A stretch of DNA of 64,000 bases from Elusimicrobiaceae bacterium (GTDB lineage Bacteria > Elusimicrobiota > Elusimicrobia > Elusimicrobiales > Elusimicrobiaceae): positions 74,161 to 138,160 of the forward strand of contig JAZNAY010000001.1 in the NCBI GenBank assembly GCA_045586725.1, in the 5' to 3' direction. The notes beneath the pieces are model-generated. The model ran no database searches, was not told the origin of the DNA, and was given only the letters and a program-made list of their open reading frames with translations. The stretch's first letter is position 1; every line of letters begins with the position of its first letter. Shown piece after piece: positions 26,870 to 36,661 of this stretch. The position numbers and the translations under genes are program-made.

Positions 26870-28658
26870 ACTTAATTTTAATAATCACCGTCTTATATTT
26901 ATGTTTATTTTAGCCTTGCTTTGTGGGGCAGTGATAGCATACAGACTGATTTTTATACAATTTATTTCACATCAAAAATATACTTCCCAAGCAGAAAAAA
27001 ACAGAACACAAATTTTATACCAAACAGCCCCACGTGGCCAAATCTTAGCAAAAGGGGGGGAAGTTTTAGCCTCAAATCAGGCGGCGTTTTCGTTATATTA
27101 TTTACCGCCTTTTGAAATGCCTGAAGAAAAAACTTTAATGGAAATGGCAGAAGCAGTTTCCAAAAATACTTTTAAATCACAAAAAGATATCTTGCAAGCC
27201 ATAAAAAAATCTCTAAAAAGCGGTAAGGCAGCATTGCTTATAGATAATTTGGCACCTAAAAATGTTTTTGCTTTGGCTGAACTTCAAAACTTTTACCCCG
27301 GATTATATTTGCTTGAGGAAACAAAACGTTATTATCCATTCGGTGCAAGTGCTGCACATTTACTCGGTTATATCGGCACTATGGAAAAAAGTAACTGGAA
27401 AGAACTTTCCGGTGAACTTGACTATCGTTTAAATTCCAAAATAGGTAAAAGCGGTATAGAAAAACGTTATGAAAAAGAATTAAAAGGCCGGGATGGTGGC
27501 TTGTTTTTGGAAGTTAATTATAAAGGGCGCGTAACACAAATAATGAAAGATAACCGCTGGCGTAAAGGTGCTGATGTCTACACGACTTTACTTGCACCTG
27601 TCCAACAAGCAGCGGAAGATGCTGTTCGTAATTCTTTGACGGGGCGTGGCGCAGCGGTAGTATTAGATGTTAAAACCGGTGCAGTTCTTGCAATGGCCTC
27701 TTTACCTGATTGGGACCCAAATATTTTTACTCCTTATAACACCGGTAAAAATAATGAAAGTAAAATAAAAATACCGGAATATAATTTGGCGATACAAGGT
27801 CTTTTTCCGCCGGCTTCAACTTTTAAAACCATTACCGCATTAGCGGCTTATGAAAATGGTACACTTGACCTTAAACATGAGGATAATTGTACCGGCCATA
27901 TTTACTTAAACGGGCGTGAATTTAAATGTTGGAAAAATCATGGTCCACATATAGATTTTATCAAAGGTATGGAACAAAGTTGCGATACCTACTTTTATAA
28001 TTTAGGTTTGAAAACAGGTTCTTATAATATTGAAAAGATGCAACGTAAGTTCCGATTTGGGCGTAAAACGGGTATTGATTTACCCGGGGAAAAATCAGGT
28101 AATATCTATGGTCCTACAAAGCGCGCTAACCTAAAAACATACTGGTTTGGCGGGGATACTTTAAATTTGTCTATCGGGCAAGGTGAACTTTTGCTAACAC
28201 CTTTACAAATGGCAGTATATGCTGCTGCGCTTGCTTCAAAAGGTAAAATTTGGAGGCCTTACTATATTGAGAAAGTAGTTTCGCCTACCGGTAAAGTTTT
28301 AGAAGAAGGTAAAAGTGAACTTATAGAACAGGTCGAGCTCAAGGAAGGCGCTTTTGAGTTAATACACAAAGCCTTAAAAAGCGTTGTTGATAATGCAACA
28401 GGCCGCGGCGCAAAAATTAAAGATATAGCGGTTTACGGTAAAACAGGAACCGCGCAAAACCCACACGGTGATGATCACGGTTGGTTTTTGGCTTTTGCTG
28501 GTGAAGAAAACGGTGAACCGGAAATTGCAGTTTCCGTTTTAATTCAATTCGGTAAAGGCGGTGGCGCACAAGCAGCACCTGCAGCTCGTAAAATTATTCA
28601 GGCTTATTTTGATTTAAAACATAGCAAGGATAAACAGGAAAGTAAAGATGTTAAATAA
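26859..28658 (+). CDS. mrdA: penicillin-binding protein 2 (elongasome transpeptidase)
   Basis: N-terminal TM anchor, SxxK motif (ASTFK) and KTGTA. Confidence 0.9.
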   Translation: MKTKLNFNNHRLIFMFILALLCGAVIAYRLIFIQFISHQKYTSQAEKNRTQILYQTAPRGQILAKGGEVLASNQAAFSLYYLPPFEMPEEKTLMEMAEAVSKNTFKSQKDILQAIKKSLKSGKAALLIDNLAPKNVFALAELQNFYPGLYLLEETKRYYPFGASAAHLLGYIGTMEKSNWKELSGELDYRLNSKIGKSGIEKRYEKELKGRDGGLFLEVNYKGRVTQIMKDNRWRKGADVYTTLLAPVQQAAEDAVRNSLTGRGAAVVLDVKTGAVLAMASLPDWDPNIFTPYNTGKNNESKIKIPEYNLAIQGLFPPASTFKTITALAAYENGTLDLKHEDNCTGHIYLNGREFKCWKNHGPHIDFIKGMEQSCDTYFYNLGLKTGSYNIEKMQRKFRFGRKTGIDLPGEKSGNIYGPTKRANLKTYWFGGDTLNLSIGQGELLLTPLQMAVYAAALASKGKIWRPYYIEKVVSPTGKVLEEGKSELIEQVELKEGAFELIHKALKSVVDNATGRGAKIKDIAVYGKTGTAQNPHGDDHGWFLAFAGEENGEPEIAVSVLIQFGKGGGAQAAPAARKIIQAYFDLKHSKDKQESKDVK

Positions 28659-29988
28659 TAACTCAGGGATAAAAACAAGGAAATTAGACTGGCCTTTAAT
28701 ATATGCCTTAATAGGTTTATGTGTGATGGGCTTTTTTACTATTTTGTCTGCCGTAAGCGGAACAAAGGAAATGGTTTCAATAATGCGTACCCACATAATT
28801 GCTTTGCCGGTAGCAATTGCTGCTTTTGTTTTTGGTTGGCTTTTTAATTATCAAATTTATGCCGAACATTACAAGAAACTTTATGCTTTTGTCATTTTTT
28901 TACTTGCTGCCGTTCTTGCTTTCGGTATTGTTGCGCGCGGTTCTCATTCTTGGTTTAGGTTCGGCGGATTTTCTTTCCAACCGGCTGAACTTTGCCGTAT
29001 TGCTTTAATTGTTATAACTGCTGCTTTTTTGGCAAGCAGGCCAAGGCAAATAAAAAGTTTTAAAACACTTGCGATATTCGGTATGTTTATTTTGCCTGTT
29101 TTTGCACTTATTATGATGCAACCTGATTTCTCTTCGATAGTTGTTACTGCACCAGCCTTACTTATTTTATTATTTGTTGCCGGTGTAAATATTTATTACT
29201 TTGTTTTAATTATTGCTTTTGCTTTGATGGCAGGCATTTTCCCGATACTTTGGACTTATATTGGTTTGTATCCTGAAGTTTTGGATAATTCCGTAATTTT
29301 AGGTTGGGTAAATTCTTTATCTTTTGATATAGTGCCCTGTTTAATTTTCAGTGGTGTAATACTAACTTTATTTATAGTAGGTTGGTTTGTGCTTAGGTAC
29401 TTCCGCCTTATTGTTCCTTTCAGTTTAACTATGGTTTTGGCTTTTAGTATGATTGCAGGTTTCTTTGGCGGTTACTTTGTTAACAAACATATAAAATCTT
29501 ATCAGAGAAAAAGAGTTGAGGCCTTTTTGGCCCCATCGGCAGACCCTAAAGGTGCAAGTTATAACGTTTTGCAGGCACAAATTGCTATGGGTTCCGGTGG
29601 TGTGTTAGGGAAAGGTTTTTTCTCCGGTACACAATCTAGGCTAGGCTTTGTCCCAGAAAGACATACCGATTTTATTTTAGCAATTTTAGGTGAAGAAAAA
29701 GGCCTTATGGGTACTTTATTTGTTTTAGGTCTGTACATTTTGATGTTATGGCGTATAGTCTTTATAGCACGCAATTCAAGCGATTTGTTTGGTTATCTTC
29801 TTTGTTCCGGCATTTTCGCTATATTTTTTGTGTATATGGCATTTAACTTCGGCATGCTTATTGGAATTGTACCTGTGGCTGGTATTCCCTTGCCATTTAT
29901 ATCATATGGGGGATCCAATCTCGTTTCCAGTATGTGGGCAATGGGTTTGGTGGAAGGTGTTTATTTTAGGCGCCTTTCTTTGATCTAA
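28648..29988 (+). CDS. rodA: rod shape-determining protein RodA (SEDS family)
   Basis: Polytopic FtsW/RodA/SpoVE family protein with PERHTDFI and PFISYGGS motifs. Confidence 0.9.
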   Translation: MLNNNSGIKTRKLDWPLIYALIGLCVMGFFTILSAVSGTKEMVSIMRTHIIALPVAIAAFVFGWLFNYQIYAEHYKKLYAFVIFLLAAVLAFGIVARGSHSWFRFGGFSFQPAELCRIALIVITAAFLASRPRQIKSFKTLAIFGMFILPVFALIMMQPDFSSIVVTAPALLILLFVAGVNIYYFVLIIAFALMAGIFPILWTYIGLYPEVLDNSVILGWVNSLSFDIVPCLIFSGVILTLFIVGWFVLRYFRLIVPFSLTMVLAFSMIAGFFGGYFVNKHIKSYQRKRVEAFLAPSADPKGASYNVLQAQIAMGSGGVLGKGFFSGTQSRLGFVPERHTDFILAILGEEKGLMGTLFVLGLYILMLWRIVFIARNSSDLFGYLLCSGIFAIFFVYMAFNFGMLIGIVPVAGIPLPFISYGGSNLVSSMWAMGLVEGVYFRRLSLI

Positions 29989-29997
29989 AAAAATGCT

Positions 29998-30603
29998 ATG
30001 ATAGATATAGACACCGCTTTTAGGTATAGATTAAGATTAAATAAATCAGCGGGGTTTACGTGCCATAAGTTTATACAAGTTTTGGCTAATGCAGTAACTC
30101 AAAGTGGTTTAGATTATTCATTAAAAAAGAACCGTCCGAGAGTTTATGTATATTCAGGGGCTTTGGAAGATGAGGAAAGCCGTGCGGAAATTGCGGAGAT
30201 TTTCTTTAAAACTTACATAGACCCAAAAGAAGTAAAAATAAAATTGTTGCCGTTTTTAAAGGGCAGCGGTTTTGAATTAAAAGAAGTTGAGACGTTACCC
30301 TATCACTTAAGCAATGTGCAAAATTTAATAAGCCACGTTTGCTATGAAATAGAGGGTGTTAGGGGCAGTATTAGTAGGGCGCTTTCTTTATGTCCTAAAT
30401 CTGAAAGGAAGCACCTTTATAGCATAGAGCGTTTAGACGCTAAAAAAATTAAAGTAGTAATGAAACTTAATCCTTCTGGAAGTTTTAGCCCTGTGCTGGA
30501 GTTATTGACGTTGCTCAGGTTAGATGTTAAGAAGGAAGATTATAAAGCCACCCGTATAGCCCTCTATTGGGCAGATAAACAAGGGGTTTTACAATCCGTG
30601 TAA
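29998..30603 (+). CDS. DUF2344 / TIGR03936-like protein (radical-SAM-associated family), without its usual radical SAM partner
   Basis: 201 aa. Position immediately upstream of an Rne/Rng gene and a loose N-terminal pattern (FRYRLRLNKSAGFTCHKFIQVLANAV) match that family. The assignment is tentative. Confidence 0.4.
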   Translation: MIDIDTAFRYRLRLNKSAGFTCHKFIQVLANAVTQSGLDYSLKKNRPRVYVYSGALEDEESRAEIAEIFFKTYIDPKEVKIKLLPFLKGSGFELKEVETLPYHLSNVQNLISHVCYEIEGVRGSISRALSLCPKSERKHLYSIERLDAKKIKVVMKLNPSGSFSPVLELLTLLRLDVKKEDYKATRIALYWADKQGVLQSV

Positions 30604-30615
30604 GTGGGAGAAAAA

Positions 30616-32139
30616 ATGAAAAGATCACATCTTAAAGCAGTAAGAGCAGTAAAAGAACAGAAGCAGCAGCCTATTAGGCCGGCTTATCTTAATGATGACG
30701 GTAAAACAGAAGTTGAAGTGTTAGTAAATACCGCATTTGAAGAAACCAGAATCGCCATTTTGGAAAACGGTGTTTTGGTTGAACTTTTGTGGGATAGAAG
30801 AAATACAGCCTTAAATTTAGTAGGTAACATTTATAAGGCAACTGTGGAAAATGTTTTACCCGGTATTAATAGCGCATTTTTAAATATAGGTTACGAAAAA
30901 AATGCTTACCTTTATATAACAGATACCATTGAAGGCGGTAAGAAACCGATTGATGAAATCTTATATAAAGGCCAAGAAATTATGGTGCAGGTCGTTAAAG
31001 ACAGTATCAGCACAAAGGGTATGAAAGTAACGATGGATGTTACTTTACCCGGCAGATATTTAGTTTTAACACCTAATCAAAAATATGTCGGTGTTTCCAA
31101 AAATATTGAAGATCTTGAAAGGCGCGATCAGTTAAATGCTTATGTGGAACGTTTAGCAGAAAAATATCTTGAAGGTATGGGCTGTATAGTTCGCACCGAA
31201 GCAGAAGATGCAACTGATGAAGAACTTGAAAAGGAAATCAAATATTTGTATCGTCAATGGAAAACCATTATCACTCGTTTTGAGAATCAACCAGCCCCTT
31301 CAATGCTGCATGAAGATATGGGTAGTGTCTTGCAAGTTTCAAGGGATATTTTGACGGAAAATGTACGCCTTTATATGCTTGATAACAAAAAAGATTATGA
31401 TAAAGTCGTAGATTTTGTCAGTAAAATTTCACCCGAACTTGTAGACAGAATTAAACTTTATACCGGCAAAACACCTATTTTTGAGGCCTATAATATCGAT
31501 CAAGAAATAGAGCGTATGCGCCGTATTAAAATACCTTTAGCCAACGGCGGAAGTATTATTATTCAAGAAGCTGAATCTTTATGCGCTATCGATGTAAATA
31601 CAGGCAAATTTACAGGTGAAAATTCCCAAGAAGAAACAGTAACCCGTACCAATATCGAAGCGGCTTACGCAATTGCAAGGCAACTTCGTTTAAGAAATAT
31701 CGGCGGTATTATTGTTATTGACTTTATTGATATGCGCAAGGCCTCAAACCGTCATAAAGTTGTTGATGCTTTGAATGATGCTACAAAACGCGACAGGGCA
31801 AAAATTCGCATTTTACCGATAACACGTCTTGGTTTAGTTGAAATGACACGCGAACGCAGAACACGCAGTACCGGTAATTTGATTACTGAAGAATGTCCTC
31901 AATGTCATGGTAGTGGGCGTGTGTTATCTGCCGAAACTATGCGCATTAATTTGCAACGCGAGATTTATGATTTAACACAAGGCAAACCCGGCGGTACTTT
32001 AAAACTCGTTGTACACCCGGCATTATCCGAGCATTTGCGCCAAAAATTAAGTTTGGTGGAAAAGAATATTAACCGTACAATTAAAATTACGGCTGATCCG
32101 CAAATTGCGTGGGAAGATTATAAAATTATTTTAGAGTAA
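30616..32139 (+). CDS. rng: ribonuclease G/E family endoribonuclease
   Basis: S1 domain followed by the RNase E/G catalytic core (AIDVNTGKF, IIVIDFIDM) and a zinc-link CPQCHGSG. The ATG at 30616 follows GGGAGAAAAA. Confidence 0.9.
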   Translation: MKRSHLKAVRAVKEQKQQPIRPAYLNDDGKTEVEVLVNTAFEETRIAILENGVLVELLWDRRNTALNLVGNIYKATVENVLPGINSAFLNIGYEKNAYLYITDTIEGGKKPIDEILYKGQEIMVQVVKDSISTKGMKVTMDVTLPGRYLVLTPNQKYVGVSKNIEDLERRDQLNAYVERLAEKYLEGMGCIVRTEAEDATDEELEKEIKYLYRQWKTIITRFENQPAPSMLHEDMGSVLQVSRDILTENVRLYMLDNKKDYDKVVDFVSKISPELVDRIKLYTGKTPIFEAYNIDQEIERMRRIKIPLANGGSIIIQEAESLCAIDVNTGKFTGENSQEETVTRTNIEAAYAIARQLRLRNIGGIIVIDFIDMRKASNRHKVVDALNDATKRDRAKIRILPITRLGLVEMTRERRTRSTGNLITEECPQCHGSGRVLSAETMRINLQREIYDLTQGKPGGTLKLVVHPALSEHLRQKLSLVEKNINRTIKITADPQIAWEDYKIILE

Positions 32140-32163
32140 TTTTATTTAATTTTTATGTTAAAA

Positions 32164-32196
32164 ACCTCTTGTGCCGATTAGTACAAGGGGTTTTTA
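32164..32196 (+). terminator. rho-independent terminator
   Basis: CCTCTTGT ... ACAAGGGG TTTTT. Confidence 0.7.
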
Positions 32197-32198
32197 TA

Positions 32199-32229
32199 TA
32201 GGTCTTTTGGGGTTCTTTTACTTAGGTCC
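32199..32229 (+). promoter_or_regulatory. TAGGTC-N18-TAGGTCC composite motif (candidate operator)
   Basis: TAGGTCTTTTGGGGTTCTTTTACTTAGGTCC lies 67 nt upstream of ORF 32296. By my count 25 of 31 positions are identical to the reverse complement of 59524..59554. Confidence 0.45.
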
Positions 32230-32295
32230 TTTTTCCCTTGTGGGAACATTTAAATAAAAATAAAATATAAATACAGGAATGCATAGGAGGCATTT

Positions 32296-33048
32296 ATGAA
32301 AAAGAAAGTTTTATCTTTAACTCTAATGAGTTTTGTTTTGCTTACATCTTTAGTTTTTGCTAAAGATAGTGAAGAATTGATTAATAGAAAGGAATTGAGT
32401 TTAGAAATTGAAACTCAAATTCATGATAATTTACCGGCAAGGCCTGAAGGTAACTATTTAAATGAAGATCCCTTAGGGTATTTGTCTATAACAGAGATTA
32501 AGGAACTATCCTATGAGATAATAAATATTTTGCAAAGTGAAGGGCCATTATTGTTGAATATGTCAGATCTGTCCCAGTTTAACGTTATGAGTTATGTGGT
32601 GGATATGAATGATAAAAAAATCTTTAAATCAATAATAAAAATCGGATACAGTCCAAAAGTTAGGGTTGAGTTACCTACAAGAAATGCAAATATTTTTACC
32701 CAAATAGTTTTGTCCGAAAACAAAGATGCTTTAGATTATCTATATATTTCCTTACCAAATGAAACTTTAATTAATGAAATGTATTATGCCTTGCAATCCT
32801 TGATTAAAACTAGTAATAAGGACAAGGAATTGAGTGATGATTGGTACTCAAAAACAATATTTAAGTATCGTAAGAGACCTGCCCTCGGGGAAGATTTAGC
32901 ACAAGCAGTTTTATATGGTAAAAAAGAAGGGCTGGAAGAATTAAAAATCGCTTATAGAAATTTACCTACAGAAACGAGAGCACAAGAGTTATATAGGGCT
33001 TTGTTAATTTTAATTTATTATCATATAGATAACATCGGTAAAAAATAA
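32296..33048 (+). CDS. secreted protein with degenerate ankyrin-like helical repeats; paralog of 43295..44101
   Basis: Signal peptide. Blocks shared with 43295..44101: NIFTQIVLSENKDALDYL ~ LLNQAVFAENKEALRLL, and DLAQAVLYGKKEGLEEL ~ DLVQAVLHNSQYDLATI. Confidence 0.5.
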   Translation: MKKKVLSLTLMSFVLLTSLVFAKDSEELINRKELSLEIETQIHDNLPARPEGNYLNEDPLGYLSITEIKELSYEIINILQSEGPLLLNMSDLSQFNVMSYVVDMNDKKIFKSIIKIGYSPKVRVELPTRNANIFTQIVLSENKDALDYLYISLPNETLINEMYYALQSLIKTSNKDKELSDDWYSKTIFKYRKRPALGEDLAQAVLYGKKEGLEELKIAYRNLPTETRAQELYRALLILIYYHIDNIGKK

Positions 33049-33067
33049 TATAAGTATTGGTATTTTA

Positions 33068-33106
33068 GAAAAGGGTTGCCAGATAATTTTCAGGCAACCC
33101 TTTTTT
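33068..33106. terminator. bidirectional terminator
   Basis: GGGTTGCC ... GGCAACCC flanked by A and T runs. Confidence 0.7.
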
Positions 33107-33117
33107 ATAATTAATTT

Positions 33118-36100
33118 TTATGCTTCGCCGAAGTTTTTTATCTCATCTGATTTTAGTTTTATATAATCTGTTTTACCTGTTCCGCCTAAAGGTATTTCTT
33201 CAACTACGCGAAGTGTTTTCGGTATCCAAAGTTCACTAAAACCTTTATCTTTTAAAGCTTGCTGTAAAACTTTTAAATCGGCATCTTGTTTTTGTGTGTA
33301 AGCAATAAGTTGTTCACCGCGTTTTGCATCGGATTTGGAAATTACAGCATGTTTAATATCGGGCCAAATTTCCGTCATAGCAAATTCTATTGCGGTTAAT
33401 GAAACCATTTCACCCGCAATTTTTGCAAAACGTTTTGCGCGGCCTTTCATAACAACAAAGCCGTCGGCGTCAAAGTCCACAATATCGCCGGTATCATACC
33501 AACCATCTTTGAGCGGTTGAATAACACCCGGGTTATCTTCTTTTAAATAACCCAGCATTACATTATCACCTTTAATAAACAGGCGTCCGCCTTCATTAAC
33601 ACCTTCAATTTTTTCAATGCGTGCTTGCATACAAGGTAATAGTTTGCCGACTGTTCCACGCCTGTAATACATTGGTGTGTTAAAAGAAACAACGGGGCTT
33701 GCTTCAGTCGTACCATAGGCCTCTAAAATACGTATACCGAATTTTTCTGTCCATAAAGCAAAAGTTTCATCTTTTAACTTTTCGCCGCCGATGCCTATGT
33801 ATTTAATGTTATAGAAGTCATAAGGATGCGCTTGTTTACCGTAAGCATTTAAGAAAGTATCCGTGCCAAAGAAAACATTTGCGTTTCTATCGTAAACAAG
33901 TTCCGGTATCGCTTTGTAATGCAAAGGTGAAGGATATAAAAACACTGATGCACCGTTTAAAATAGGTATAAATAAACCGCATGCCAAACCGAAACTATGG
34001 AACATCGGCAAAGCGTTAAAGAATTTATCCTGTAAGCCCATTTGAATTAAACTGGACATTTGGTATCTGTTCATATTTAAATTCTTGTGGCTTAACACTA
34101 CACCTTTTGGTGCGCCCTCAGAACCGCTTGTAAATAGCACAACGGCAGGTTTATCTGGGTTTCTATCTTTGCAGGTCATTTTATAAGCCTGGTGGGGGAA
34201 AGCACTTTGTAAAACTGCTATAATTTTGTCAGTTATATTTATAGTTTTCTGTATATCTTCAAGGTAAACTATTTTTGTATCTGTTTGATTTATTGCCTCG
34301 ATAATATTGCCCAGTTCCGCTTTTTGTATAAATGCTCGTGAAGTCACAAGCACTTTAATTTGTGCAACTTTTAATGCAAGCAAAATGTTTTTCACACCTG
34401 CGGAAAAGTTTATCATAGCCGGTACTCTGCCGTATGCCATAAGCCCGAAAATGCTTAAAGCACAAGCGTTAACATTTGGGAGCATTAAACCGATAAACTC
34501 GCCTTCTTTAGAAAATTGTGTAAACTTTCGCCCAAGTAAGAAAGAGCCTGTAAGTAAAGTTCCAAAGGATACGGTTTTACGTGTCATATCTTCCAAAGCA
34601 CGCGTGGAACGGCGTGCAAGGTCCACCGCTTCAATTAAGCAACGGAAAATTGTGTGTTGTAAATTGAAACTTTTTACTTTCATTTCAAGTAATAAATCAT
34701 ATACGGCATCTTCCGCTTTATAGCGGCGGTTGCGGCCTTTTAAAGTGCTTGAAATATTTAATTTTCTTGGCGGTAAAACATTTATTACATATTCCAAATT
34801 ACTGGGCAAATGTCTAAGTTTGCGCCCATAATAAGACCAACGCGTATATTGTGTATTTTGAATAAAAATCGGTAAAACTTGTGCTCCGGAACGTTCAACA
34901 ATCATAGCCGGGCCGGGGTAAACTTTCATTATACCGCTTGTAGTACTCATGCGGCCTTCCGGGAAAATTACAACTTTTGTTCCTTTTTTGACTCTATCAA
35001 TAATTGTTTTAACAGCGATAGCATTTGTAGGGTCAACGGGAATATGGCGAACATATCTCAAAAATATACGTACCCAAAAACGTTTTGCGATAGTGCTGTC
35101 CACCATAAAGACAATGTCTTCCGGTAAAAATGCGGCAAGCAAAAGCGGATCTAAAAATGAATTGTTATTTGCAACTATTACTGTCGGGCCTTCGGCTTTG
35201 GAATAGTTTTCCATACCAACTAATTTAATTTTATAAATACTGTTTAAAAAGAAATATGCTGCAGATCTTAAAACATAATCAGGCAAAAGTGTGCAAGTGT
35301 AAATTGCAATAATAAGGTTTGCCGCTGCAAGAACGGTAATTATCGCCGGTGTGCCAAGCCCTACGTATAATAGAGCATAGGCCACTAATCCGGCAAAAAC
35401 CATAAAGAAAGCATTTAAGAAATTACAGGTTGCAAGCATACGTGTTCTGAATTTATCTGAAAGCATCACCTGCAAATGTGCATTAAGCGGAACAATATAA
35501 AGGCCCCCGCAAATTGAAAGCATAATTATACCCATTGTTAATGCAATGCCGAAGGGGGAACTTAAAAAGAGCGGTAAAGTTATAGGTGCAGCAAAATCTG
35601 GCATTAAGGCTAAAATGAATGCAATAAGCAGTAATGATAGAGACATCCCCACCGTGCTGAAGGGGACATATTTTATGCTGATTTCCGTTTTAACTAAACG
35701 ATAGCAAGCCAAACACCCAATACCTACGGAAACACAGAATACTGTTATCAAAAATGTATAAACTTCCGGTGCAAGATTCAAAATTGAATTTGTAACGCTG
35801 TTAAGTTGTGAAAGTAAAATTGCGGCCACAACCCAAAACCAGTTAATTGCCAAAATTGCCAAAAATAATTTTTTTGATTGATTTGCCCTTGATAAATTGC
35901 GCCAAGTGCTTTTAAAAATGTTTGGAGAAATTTTTACGGCATCTGCAATCGGTGCTAACGGTGTAAACAAACGCGTAACAAGGTAACCAGCAACAGACAA
36001 AATAAGCATAAAACCAAACATTATGCCTAAGTTTAATTTAGGTTCAGCTAAATGTAAACCTATAATTGTACCCAGTAAAATTGCAATATATCTGCTTGAT

Positions 36101-36549
36101 TCTAGCAAAGCGTTACCGTCAATAAATTCGGTTTTCTGCAAAACTTGTGTCATCACGGCATATTTGATAGGCCCAAAGAAAGCGGATTGCGTTCCCATAA
36201 TAAATAAAGCACAGAGCAAAATTATTACAGAGTTTAGATAAAACCCTAAAGCAACAATTAAAACGGTAAAAATTTCAGAAAATTTAATTATACGGGTGAC
36301 TTTTGTTTTATCGTATTTATCACCGATTTGGCCTGCTAATATAGAAAAGATGAAGAACGGTAACATATAAATACCGATTATCATTAAAACTAATTTTGCA
36401 GTTTGCCCACCGTGTAAAGTTAAAATATGTGCGGCAATTAAGGCGGTTAAAGCGGTCCTTATCAAATTATCGTTAATTACACCGCAAACCTGTGCCCAGA
36501 ATAATGCGGCAAAGTCTTTGCCTGCAAGTAATTTTAAAAGTCTTTTCAT
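33118..36549 (-). CDS. triple fusion: MFS lysophospholipid transporter (LplT-like) + 2-acyl-GPE acyltransferase + acyl-ACP synthetase (Aas-like)
   Basis: 1143 aa. The first ~420 aa form 12 TM helices. A PlsC-type acyltransferase block follows (NNNSFLDP ... FPEGR). The C-terminal half is an AMP-binding domain (TSGSEGAPKGV, GYGTTE-like YGTTEAS, GWYDTGD, GKTD). Confidence 0.85.
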   Translation of the reverse strand: MKRLLKLLAGKDFAALFWAQVCGVINDNLIRTALTALIAAHILTLHGGQTAKLVLMIIGIYMLPFFIFSILAGQIGDKYDKTKVTRIIKFSEIFTVLIVALGFYLNSVIILLCALFIMGTQSAFFGPIKYAVMTQVLQKTEFIDGNALLESSRYIAILLGTIIGLHLAEPKLNLGIMFGFMLILSVAGYLVTRLFTPLAPIADAVKISPNIFKSTWRNLSRANQSKKLFLAILAINWFWVVAAILLSQLNSVTNSILNLAPEVYTFLITVFCVSVGIGCLACYRLVKTEISIKYVPFSTVGMSLSLLLIAFILALMPDFAAPITLPLFLSSPFGIALTMGIIMLSICGGLYIVPLNAHLQVMLSDKFRTRMLATCNFLNAFFMVFAGLVAYALLYVGLGTPAIITVLAAANLIIAIYTCTLLPDYVLRSAAYFFLNSIYKIKLVGMENYSKAEGPTVIVANNNSFLDPLLLAAFLPEDIVFMVDSTIAKRFWVRIFLRYVRHIPVDPTNAIAVKTIIDRVKKGTKVVIFPEGRMSTTSGIMKVYPGPAMIVERSGAQVLPIFIQNTQYTRWSYYGRKLRHLPSNLEYVINVLPPRKLNISSTLKGRNRRYKAEDAVYDLLLEMKVKSFNLQHTIFRCLIEAVDLARRSTRALEDMTRKTVSFGTLLTGSFLLGRKFTQFSKEGEFIGLMLPNVNACALSIFGLMAYGRVPAMINFSAGVKNILLALKVAQIKVLVTSRAFIQKAELGNIIEAINQTDTKIVYLEDIQKTINITDKIIAVLQSAFPHQAYKMTCKDRNPDKPAVVLFTSGSEGAPKGVVLSHKNLNMNRYQMSSLIQMGLQDKFFNALPMFHSFGLACGLFIPILNGASVFLYPSPLHYKAIPELVYDRNANVFFGTDTFLNAYGKQAHPYDFYNIKYIGIGGEKLKDETFALWTEKFGIRILEAYGTTEASPVVSFNTPMYYRRGTVGKLLPCMQARIEKIEGVNEGGRLFIKGDNVMLGYLKEDNPGVIQPLKDGWYDTGDIVDFDADGFVVMKGRAKRFAKIAGEMVSLTAIEFAMTEIWPDIKHAVISKSDAKRGEQLIAYTQKQDADLKVLQQALKDKGFSELWIPKTLRVVEEIPLGGTGKTDYIKLKSDEIKNFGEA

Positions 36550-36602
36550 AAATACTCCTTAAAGGGTAAAAACCCCATAGAATAATTATATAAAATTAAG
36601 GG

Positions 36603-36631
36603 TTGAAATTACGTGTTGTATTCATTATAAT
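36603..36631 (+). promoter_or_regulatory. sigma70-type promoter of pilin-like gene 36662
   Basis: TTGAAA, a 17-nt spacer, then TATAAT. A strong RBS AAAGGAGGGG follows. Confidence 0.55.
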
Positions 36632-36661
36632 ATAAGTATAGGGATAAAGGAGGGGATTTTT

